Source: a virus
Length of the DNA stretch: 64,000 nucleotides
IMG/VR virus record: IMGVR_UViG_3300027733_000032
Reading direction: 5' to 3' (one strand)
Positions within the stretch are counted from its first letter, which is position 1; the number at the start of each line of letters is the position of its first letter. Shown piece by piece: positions 27,565-38,100 of this stretch. The notes beneath the pieces were generated by a model that worked only from the letters and a program-made list of their open reading frames with translations, had not been told where the DNA came from and searched no databases. Made by a program: the position numbers and the translations under genes.

Positions 27565-27652
27565 TACTGAAACTCAATACACTAATTTCAGTAAACTAGA
27601 CATATTTCCAACATAGTTATCATTAGTTGCAGAATACTCACACCTACTGAAA
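27565..27652. promoter_or_regulatory. TACTGAAA inverted/direct repeat cluster upstream of the protease
   Basis: TACTGAAA 27565-27572, inverted copy 27586-27593, third copy 27645-27652; GTATACTGAAA recurs at 39566-39576. Confidence 0.45.
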
Positions 27653-27682
27653 CTATCATTGTCAATAGACGCTAGGAGAGAT

Positions 27683-29143
27683 ATGTCGCAAAATACCACG
27701 TCAGATATCAATTTCAAGGCACTTAATGGGCAGTTCAATATTGATGAGGCCCAAGGAATCGTCGAATGTTTTGTTGCTGCTATTGGCAACAAGGACAGCG
27801 TAGGCGACGTAATTGTCTCGGGGGCGTTTAATGAAAGTCTCAAGCGTCGCAAGCCTCGCGTAGTTTGGGGACACAGTTGGAATGACCCCATCGGTAAGGT
27901 CATCGAGATTTACGAAGTACCCGCAAACGACCCGCGACTGCCAGCAAAGATGAAGCAGGCCGGAGTTGGTGGAGTTTATGCACGCGTTCAGTTTAATCTC
28001 GCAACTGAAAAAGGAAGAGAAGCATTCTCTAGCGTTGCATTCTTTGGTCCAGAACAAGAATGGTCAATTGGCTACAAGACACTCAATGCCACTTTCGACC
28101 CAAATGTACAGGCTAACATTTTAAGAGAAGTCGAACTTTATGAAGTAAGTCCTGTTCTCCATGGTGCCAATCAGTTGACCGCCACCATCTCCGTAAAGAG
28201 CGAAGAGGGTGAAAAGTGTGGCGTTCCAATGGGTATGCCAAATTCCCCTCATATGTACGGTGGTACCCCTGCCCCCTCTGCAATACCACGGATTGTCTCC
28301 GTTGATGCCAACAGGCTTTCTCCAATACGAGTCATTAGTGGAGTTGCCCAGCAGGCCCGACCCGACCATAGCAATAATTCACGTGAAGATATTTTTGGTG
28401 AAGGAGAGGCGAGAACACTTTCGGATGAAGCACGGAATATGCTTGCCATGGAATTAATGACGCGTTCCCGTGCGAATCTTGATGTTGTTTATGCAACAGA
28501 AAATTCCGTAGTATTCAACCGCGAGGTTGGGCAAGGAAACCACATTACATACCGTCTTTCGTATTACAGAGACCCGGATAGTGGCGAATATATGTTTGGC
28601 AAGCCCGAAAAAATGGGCAGTCATAGCGATGACAGTAGAATTGCCTCGCCAACCGTAGTCCCATCACAGATGCCTTCGATGCCAATGATGGTCAAACCAC
28701 AGGCCGTCAATCCGTACTCGATGAGCGGAATGCCTTCTGCTGTTCCCCAGATGGGTAATTATGGAATGGAAAAGTCACTTGATTTTGGCGCAGATACAGC
28801 GGCAGATTTTGTTCTTTCAGGAATTCAAAACGGCTCTATTTCTTCGTCTACCGGAAATGAAAAAATTGACGCAGTTATTGACATTCTCAAGGGAATGACC
28901 GGGAAGTCGGATAATCAGCAGGTATTTACCATTGCGTGTGAACCACATGAGGCTTTCTATATTAAGTCAGCAATCGACCCGGTTCTCGAATACCACCGCC
29001 TTGATGTAGAAATCGACGAATACGGTATTCATGTCGTCAATGGGCTATCCACTGAATCAATTAGCGCATTAACCAAGGCCGCAGAATCTATCGAAACTAT
29101 CACCACTAAGGCTGGTGGTTCAAAAAAATACAAGCGCCCTTAG
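27683..29143 (+). CDS. HK97-type prohead maturation protease with long C-terminal extension
   Basis: AGGAG SD before ATG 27683; DSVGDVIVSGAF, WGHSWNDPIGK, EWSIGY and LYEVSPVLHGAN. Confidence 0.93.
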   Translation: MSQNTTSDINFKALNGQFNIDEAQGIVECFVAAIGNKDSVGDVIVSGAFNESLKRRKPRVVWGHSWNDPIGKVIEIYEVPANDPRLPAKMKQAGVGGVYARVQFNLATEKGREAFSSVAFFGPEQEWSIGYKTLNATFDPNVQANILREVELYEVSPVLHGANQLTATISVKSEEGEKCGVPMGMPNSPHMYGGTPAPSAIPRIVSVDANRLSPIRVISGVAQQARPDHSNNSREDIFGEGEARTLSDEARNMLAMELMTRSRANLDVVYATENSVVFNREVGQGNHITYRLSYYRDPDSGEYMFGKPEKMGSHSDDSRIASPTVVPSQMPSMPMMVKPQAVNPYSMSGMPSAVPQMGNYGMEKSLDFGADTAADFVLSGIQNGSISSSTGNEKIDAVIDILKGMTGKSDNQQVFTIACEPHEAFYIKSAIDPVLEYHRLDVEIDEYGIHVVNGLSTESISALTKAAESIETITTKAGGSKKYKRP

Positions 29144-29190
29144 TTTTCGGCCTTGGGTTAAGTCTCGAATCTAAGGGCCTAGGGCCAAAA
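29122..29190 (+). other. predicted -1 programmed ribosomal frameshift signal
   Basis: A AAA AAA heptamer in the protease frame (29122-29128), 7-nt spacer, stem GCCCTTAG (29136-29143) / CTAAGGGC (29171-29178), with pseudoknot potential to 29179-29190. Confidence 0.8.
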
Positions 29191-32100
29191 ATTGGAACAC
29201 GACTTAGTGGTGGGCTTCGTGCAGCACCGCCAGGAATGTCATTTGTTGACATAACAGGAACCGTTGACGCAGATACAGACGGAATAGTGTTTGAAGGCAA
29301 GCCCGGTCTTGAACGACCCATAATCCCTAGATTCCTTGTACCTAAGAATCTTGCTCGCAAAATTTCTTCACTCACCGAAGGCGACGCCCTAGAAATAGAA
29401 AAGCAACGACGCAGTGGTGACGGCAATATTTCCTTTGACGAAACAAAACTTCGCTCAATTATTGAAAAAATTGGCGGAGACGTCAACTCCTTGAAGCCCG
29501 TGGACGATACAGCCGAAACCGGCATGCGTAGTGCGAACGCCTCAGACGGCCCGGATTTCCAAGAACCACCGATTGCCGATGTACCAGAACAGTTTGATGG
29601 TTTCTGGACCCCAGACGAAGAACAATTGCGCGACCTAGATAAGCGTTCTGGTCGCAGGACACCTCCTCCTCCTCCTGCCAATATCGGGCAGAAGTATGTA
29701 ATTTCACGGGATGATGATGGCGTTTATTTTGCGGAGAATATTTCAGCAGAAGATGTTTGGTCGCTTCGTTCCGGTGCATCAAAAGCGCCGAAGCGTCCTT
29801 TCTTTGCCCCACGTGGAGGCGGGAATAAGCCAGATAACGGCGAAGGTTATTACTTCTCTACAAACGGAAAACGCTATTGGGGCAAGTATGGCGCAGCGGG
29901 AGCGTTGGTCCGTCGTAAAAATTCAGACGGAGAATACGAATATTTTCTAGCGAGACGCGCTGATGGTATGTCGGTCGGTGGTGGCAAGTGGTCATTCCCT
30001 GGTGGGGCACACAAAGATAAAGAAAATTCAAAACTTCCAGGTGCTACTGCGATTGAAGAATTTGGCGAAGAGGTTGGTGGAGATATCTCTACACTCAAAC
30101 CAATTCACACCTACACAGACCAGGTTGCCCCTGACTGGAAATACGACACTTACGTGTTTGAGGTTGGGCCGGATGAACTGAATGACTTACGGTCGATGGA
30201 CGGCGAAAGCACTGATACGGGTTGGTTTACGGCATCTGACATTATACAAATGGCAGAAGACGACAAACTTCTAGAGTCATTCAAACGTTCAGCAAAAGAA
30301 GTATTTGCTCTTTCTGGAGATGAAGTCAAGGGCAATAAAACTACAAGAAAAATTAAAAAAACATTGAAGAAAATTAGTGGCGAAAAAGTTACTTCTTGGC
30401 AAGAAAAGATAAAAAAATACGAACCAATTGAACCAGAAGATTATTTTGATATCAATAATGAAATGCAGTCTGATTTTGGTATTTCTATTGGCCAAGTGAT
30501 GCAGGATGAATACGATGAAGGCGCATCTATTAAGGAGATTGCGGAAAACTGGGGAATTTCAGCCCATGAAGTTGAAAAATTGCTTAGTGAAAATAAAAAG
30601 GGCGGAATGTCATCAACTTCCGTCGGACAAATCATGCAGGATGAATACGACGAGGGTGCGTCAATAAAAGAAATTGCAGAAAATTGGGATATAACGACTC
30701 AAGAAGTTGAAGATTTTATGAGTCGACCACCTTCTGTCGGGATGTCATCTGCCAAAACGAATAGAGATTCACGAGGGCGCGACGCAACGCCAGCAAAAAA
30801 GAAAAAATTAGACTCCGTTATAGATTTTGTTATAGACAAAATTAGTCCAGTCACAGTAATCCAAGCATATATAGATTTTTCTGATAGACGACAGGAAAAA
30901 AAGAATCCAAGCCTTACGGCTGAACGTCTTGCAAGAGAAGAAAAAATGAAGTCAGGAGTCGATAAAGCAGGCAAATCAGGCATATCTATTGCTACAAAAA
31001 TGGCATTACCAGAGTACAAGACGCTTATGGAGAAAGTTTCCCTAAATGGGGAGACTGTTCTGGCAAGTACATCAGCAAGAACTGCCGAAGTTCAAAAACT
31101 TATCGACAATTTGGCATCAAAAGTTGATGGTGATTTGGATGGAATGGATTTCTCCAAAGGAAACTTCTCTGGCATTGATTTTAAAAATTACTCATTACGT
31201 AACGCAAGTTTCTTTGGCTCCACTCTTGATAAATCTAATTTTTCTGGATGCATTATTGACAGCGCCACTTTTGAAGATGCTTCTTTAATTGATGCAAATT
31301 TAAGCAAGATAAGTCAAGCATGGCGCATCGATTTCTCGGGAGCGAATCTAACAAATGCAGATTTAACCAAACTCAATATGCACTCCGCTCTATTGAACGA
31401 AACAAACCTTGAAGGGGCAAAACTTGATGGAGTAAATCTAATCATGGCTGACATTAGGGATATGGATTTCTCTAACGCTCGAAGCATGAGGGGTGTCTTG
31501 CTAGAAGAAGTACAGGGAGAAGGTGCAAACTTTGGTGGTCTCGATATGACCAACTCATCCTTTGTCTCCGCAAACTTGACAAACACTAATTTTAGTAATG
31601 CAAATTTAACTCGTTCAGATTTAAGAAACGCAAAACTGGATAAGGCTGATTTTAGTGGCGCAAACATGGAGGGTATTGAACTAGAAAAACCAGGTTTATC
31701 TCCATCCAGCATGAAAGAAACAAAATTTGACAATATGCCGACCAAGGGCGAAGAGGGCACCCCTTCGGGTATGAGTTCCCTTACGCGTCCCTATCGTGAT
31801 ACCAGTGATGAAGAGTTAAAGGCCCTGTACGAAAAATATTTACGTTACCTAGGCGGCCCTGGGGACAAGGGTGACAGCGATTTTACATACATGCGACGGT
31901 CAAAAGAATATGACAAAATTAAGAAAGAAATTGCTCGGCGTGAGAAAGATGGCAAAAAACCAAGCAAGGGAATGAGTTCTGAAACAAAGTTGCCAGGAAA
32001 TAAAGAAATGCCAGGATTACCAGATGATGAATTAACATCAAAACTTGATGACAATGTAAATTCGCTCAATGAACTGGAAACTCTTCTTGACGATGGAGAA

Positions 32101-35100
32101 ATTGACCTCGCCGAGTACAGAAAGCGTCAAATCCCATTACGTAAAGAAGCGGCAGAATTGGGCGCAGAGAAAAAACGTCGGTCTGGTGAAAAGCCAAAAA
32201 CTGGTGAAACTGGCACTCTAAAAAGAGAAAAAGTCATAGACCGTGGCGATGGGATGATTAAGCGCGACGAACGCGGAAATCCATCTGAATGGAATGGGCA
32301 GAAATTCTTAGACGGAGAAGCAGGAAAACGCAGACAGGCGATTCTTGAACTTGGCTTCACCGAGCAAGAAGCAGACACTCTTCTTGGCCAGCGACCAAGT
32401 CCGCAAAAATCCGGCATGGGAAGTCGCAGCAGCGCCAAGACTAAGCCTACATTTTCACTCACTCCATTGAACTTGTTCATCAAGCGCGAGACAACGCGAA
32501 CAAAAGGACCGGTCCCAGAGTTGAGCGGATGGTCAGACAGAGAATTGGCCGATTCTCTCTCAATGTACGATATTCGCGCACCACGTGCGTGGGACGAAGA
32601 ACGTGGTTCATTCATTCCTTCATGGTTCCCTTCGAAAGACTCTCTAGTTCGTGAATTTGATAGTCGTGGTTACAACGTATTTCTTGGTACGTCTGGTTCA
32701 AGACAATACAACGATTTAATGTTCTCTGTTCTGGCGAAAGATAATGCCATCCCGCAAGAAATGCGCAGGAGAATATGGAAGCCGTCAGGATTGCTTACGA
32801 AGGCAGTACGTGATGGTGAAGAAGAAACGGGTCAAGTTTTCCCATTGAAGTCAAGGATGAAGAATTGGGAGTTTGCGGCGCAAGCGGCAGATATGACTGA
32901 TGTAGAAGTTCGCTCACTAGATGTCGAGTTCGACAATGAACGAGCAAATAAACTCGCCGACGTACGGTCGGGAATAATCTCCAAGGAGCAGTTTAATAAA
33001 TGGTACGAGGGAGAACTCACGCCGCTTAGACGTGCGCTTTCTGCAGAACTTACACGTCGTTCGTTAAGGAAGGCCGTAGATGGAAAACAGACAATAGAAT
33101 CTGTTTTTGGTACCGGACTAACACCAAGAGAATATGCATTCCTATCAAAGGACCCATTGTTATTTACTCGGGCAGCGGGAATGATGTCGCGCAATGGTGG
33201 TTCAACTATCGACAAGATGGTTAAAAATGGAGAAATTACTCAAGAAGACCTTGAGTTCATACAGCAATACCATGACCTATCTGACAGACTAAGCGTTGAT
33301 TTGTATGACGAGTTAACGAATTTATTTGGCTCAAATCCGGATGACGTTGATTGGGATTCGCTTGATATCGATACTAAGTCAAAGTCGCGAGATATTCACG
33401 CTAAGTGGATGAGAAAATATTCTGCATCATTATCTCAATTGGGCGACGGTCAAAAAAGAAGTCGCAATGAACTTGCGAATATGGGCTTTGACGATGGGGA
33501 AATCGACGACATAATGACCGGAAGCATGTCTTCTGGTGGCATGTCTTCCAAGCGTAAATCAAACAAAAAAATTACGTCAAAATGGTCTGAAGAAGACAGG
33601 CGTGCATTTACTGAACAAAACCTTCGTTCCAAGAAAGTACCGAAGAAGAAAAAGAAAGGTCCAGTAGCCAACGAATGGACCGAACGTCGCGCTGGAAGAG
33701 AAATTAAGTCAACGACGCGAGCAAGTGATTCTACTTATGGCGATTCTGCAAAAACAGCATCGTATTACGAGTCTCTCGCAAATCAATATTTTTCTGGAAT
33801 TGCTGAATATGTTGGCGAAGACACTCGAATAGTAAACAGTAATTACAACCCAAATATACCTACCATGGATGAGCCGTTTGCATCAATCCGAACGTCGACA
33901 GTTGGCTCACTCAAGGATGGGGACTTCCTTCCTGACGGATTTGATGCTCCAAGCATGTTTTCTACTCCTACGAATCCACGTTACAAAGTTGTCTATGTGA
34001 GCAAAGACAAAGATGGGCAGATTGTATTCGGAGCACGCGATTTACAGACTGGTGAATTGCTCGTAAAGAAAATGGGCGTAAATGAAATTCTTCCAAATGT
34101 CATGCGTCAATCTACCAATAAGCGATTTGGTGGAATGTCCAGTTCTAGGAAAGTTGGAGATGTAAAACTTCACGCCAAGTTGGCCGACCAATTTAAATTC
34201 GAACAATTTGATGAAATTGAGAAAGACCTGAATGGTTTTATTGACGAAATAAATTCAATCAATGAACAACTTAATATTATTTGGAAAAATGGCCAGCGCC
34301 GCACAGACGCTGGACTGCCAGATTCTGACTTTGACGAAAAACGCTATGGCGAACTAGAAGATATGCGTTCGAGCCTAGAAGATACAGTCGGAGAATATGT
34401 AAAATTCGCCGAATTTGTTGCTCAAGAAAATATTATGCGTCGCCGCAATAAGGCTGCAGTAAAACTTGCAAAAGAAAAAGTTCAAAATGCACTAAAAAAA
34501 CAAGAGTCTCCAAGCGGCAATCCATTTGAGATGAACGATATTGATACTCGTAGGCTTTTTGAACTTGGAGTGACAGAAGCAGACGTTGCTGACATATTGG
34601 ATTCATTCGACATTGATGACCGAGAGATGGAAAGAGTATTTACTGCTGGTCGACCACCATTTACTGGGACAAAATTTGCTAAGCAAATTTCCAGCATTAT
34701 AGATAGTCGCTCTTCACTAGATGGTCCTGAATTTGAAGAATTTGACCCAGAAGACGAAGACGAACAAAGAGAGATTTCAAAACTTGCAAGAAGAATGATT
34801 AATTCTGCGGCAGACGATTCTGCTCGTCGTTCCAAAATCACCGACCGCTCAAAGACGATGATTGATGTTGGCGTATCCTCTTCGTCTTCTGGCGGCATGT
34901 CAAGCAAGACACCAATGGGTAAAGGGCTTGGCACCAGTAAGGTCCTCTACCCAACGCGACCAAATAAATTTATCGCAAAAGATGTTTCGTTTGTATTTTA
35001 CGATGCCAATCGCGAAGAGTTGTCTGTTGGCTACAAAGATAAAAAGAAATATGTTTTTGGTGGCATTACTCCAGAAATGGTCAACGACATTGAGAATGGC

Positions 35101-38100
35101 AAAAATTCACTAATCGCTTCACTCAATGCCGTCAAGAAAGATGCGCGCTACACAATCAACCCAGATGGCACGGTCATGGGCTCGCCCCCGAATACCCTCA
35201 AGTTACTGAATCGCGACAAGGACAGACTTGAGTTAATTGGCGATGACCTCGAAGTCGTTGAGTCTGTTATTGACGGCCTAAAGAATGGCCAAAACGACAT
35301 GACGCGCAAAATGCGCAGCGATAGAAGAAATCAAGCCATGTCAATGGCATCTGGATTGGCTAAAAATAATGAATACGCAATGGCTTTCAATATCATGGAC
35401 GCACTTGATGAGATAGATACGCGCACTAATGGCGCTGGGTATATGCCCAATGGAATGCGCTCGTACGCGGCAACAATACATCCAAGAGTTCAAGTTGGTC
35501 TATCACAGGATGAAGTTGGCGAAATCCGTGATGAAATACGCGCGATAATGCGTAAACATAACGGGAATTTCTTTATCAAGGATGGCCTATCCAAGTACGA
35601 CGGCAATCTTGCTGCTGCACAAAAGAAAGAAGGACGTGCTCAACTAGTACTCCTTTTGCCTGAATATAACGCCATCATGAATTCCTATGAAGAATTAGCG
35701 AAAATTGACCCAGACTGGACTTCTGTTGTCGGGCCACATCCGGTGGAACTTGCTGGTGTTAGCAAGGACGGACGATTCGACACGGAGAAATTCAAGCAGA
35801 CTGGAGATTTTGCCGGAAAACTCATCAACAATGGAGCACCTAGTGAAATCACTGTTGCTGAACAGCGCGAATTGATTAATTGGGCAAGACGTCAACCCGG
35901 TTTCAGAATTGTTCAAAGTATTGCCTCTTCATATGATGAAAAAAATGGCGCACTTACCGCGAATCAGTGGCGCACGCTCCGTTCACTTCATAGTAACTAT
36001 GGCAAGAATCAATACAACAGAGGCGGCTTAGAATCTAGAAGAAACTCTATTGGTATGCGTTCAACCAGTAGTACCGATGGACCCATGCCCATGAATGCGG
36101 TTTCCGGAAATACCATGGGGAATTTTGTTCCCTATGGCGGACCAACCGAAGGTGGCTCACGCAACGCCGAAGTTATTCCCAATGTAGACATCAAAGGCAA
36201 ATCAGTAGAGCAGGTGGTTCCAGAAGGAATCAGCGATGAAGAAGCATTGGCACTCATAGAGAGTATCGGTGCATATCACCCCAAGGCGAACCCTGATGGA
36301 ATCAAGGGACGAGAGTATGTCGAGCGTAGAACGCGCTTGCTGGATTCAATCGCAGAAACACGCAGAATCACCGAGCGACGAGCAGCACTTGAGCGCGCTC
36401 AGCAAAGTGGCCAAATAGGCGACGACGTCAACCTGCCAAGTCATTTAGAGTTTTGGCCATTGGTTTCAGAAGACACTAAGTCCAGGTTGAATACGGCTGC
36501 GCAAAACAAATATGGCGCTCAATTCATAGACCTAGAACCATACCAAATGGAAGATGTATTGGTTTTTGAAACAGGCGCATCTGGCTACTACTCCGCTGGG
36601 ACTTTTAAGCAAATTAAAAAGCGACCAAACGCCATTGATATGGAGGACTGGGAACGCTTGCTCCTTCCAGTTCATCAGCGTGTCAGCGAAATAGATGAAG
36701 AAGAAAAAATAAAGCGCGAGGCTGCTCGACTTGAAGCCGATAATAGTCCATCGCTCGAAGACATGTTAGACGACCCCAATATTGCCCCAGAACGCAAAGC
36801 CCGAATTGAAGGCATCCTTGCAATGCGGCGCGAGTCGGAGCGAAAGTGGAAAGAGTCTGCACAAACCTCTTCGGCAAAACGCAGAAGTGCTGCAAAGAAG
36901 GAAATAAAACTTCAAAAATATGAAACCATTGATGATGTTGGGCGAGACTCAGTTAAAAATATTGAGACAATGGCCAAGGCTAAGTATGGGTCTAAGTTTG
37001 ACTCCCTCACTCCCGTACAACAAAAAGATGTACTTGACTCTTACGCCAAGGAAAGATTTGGCGTTGAGCATTACAGGAACATTGAACAGTCAGTCCAGAA
37101 GGCGCAGTCAATGGCCGAACGTTTCTCTCAACAAGAAAGAATTGACGGAGAACACCTAGCGGCATGGGATTCAATTACTGATTTCTTCAACTCATCAGAG
37201 CAACCTTCATTCACTGGCGAAAAAATAGATTCTTTACGTGAACTACTAGACAATTATCCAATTGAAAATGAAAATTCAACCGATGCCGAATTATTGTTGA
37301 GTAATAAGATTGAAGATATTTCTTCACTTATTGACGAAATGGAAATGTCTTATGATGACGAAAACATAACCATACCTACTGGCCGTACCGGTGGAATGGC
37401 TTCAAGCAAAAAATTCACTCCGCGTGGGGTGGAGGTTGAGCGAGATGAATCATCTTCACGTATTGGTGGCATGTCATCTCTATTTAACAGAAATAAGCCA
37501 GACAAAACAGAAACAGATACTGGCACGGTGAAGGCTCCAGATAAGCCTTCAAAGCCGGAACGCAAGAAGCCAATTGTTACAGATGGATGGAAAAAAGTTG
37601 GCGGTCAAGGCGGCTCTAATCCGGGCGGATTTTTTGAAGATGAGAATGGCGTTCGCCATTACGTAAAGACGCCACGAAGTCTCTCTCATATTGAAAGTGA
37701 AGTGCTCGCGGCAGAACTATACAAGATGCTCGGTCTCGGGGTTCCGCAAATTTCCCAAGGCTCGTATCAAGGTAAGCCCAATGTCGTATCAACACTTATT
37801 AGCGAACCAAGCAGACCCATCACTGGGGCTATGGGTGACGGTAGTAAGCAATGGCAAGCAAAAGTCATTGAAGGATTTGTGGCAGACGCATGGCTCGCCA
37901 ACTGGGATGCCGTACTTAATGACAATGTTCGTGCTGACAAAAACGGAAACCCTATTCGTGTTGATAATGGTGGCTCCATGAAGTGGAGAGCGCAAGGCGG
38001 CCCGAAGGGTGCAGCATGGGGGAATACTGTTGGTGAAATTGACTCACTAAGAGGACAAAGCCCTGCTGCTCCTGTGTATAGGCAGATAACTGACCAGCAA

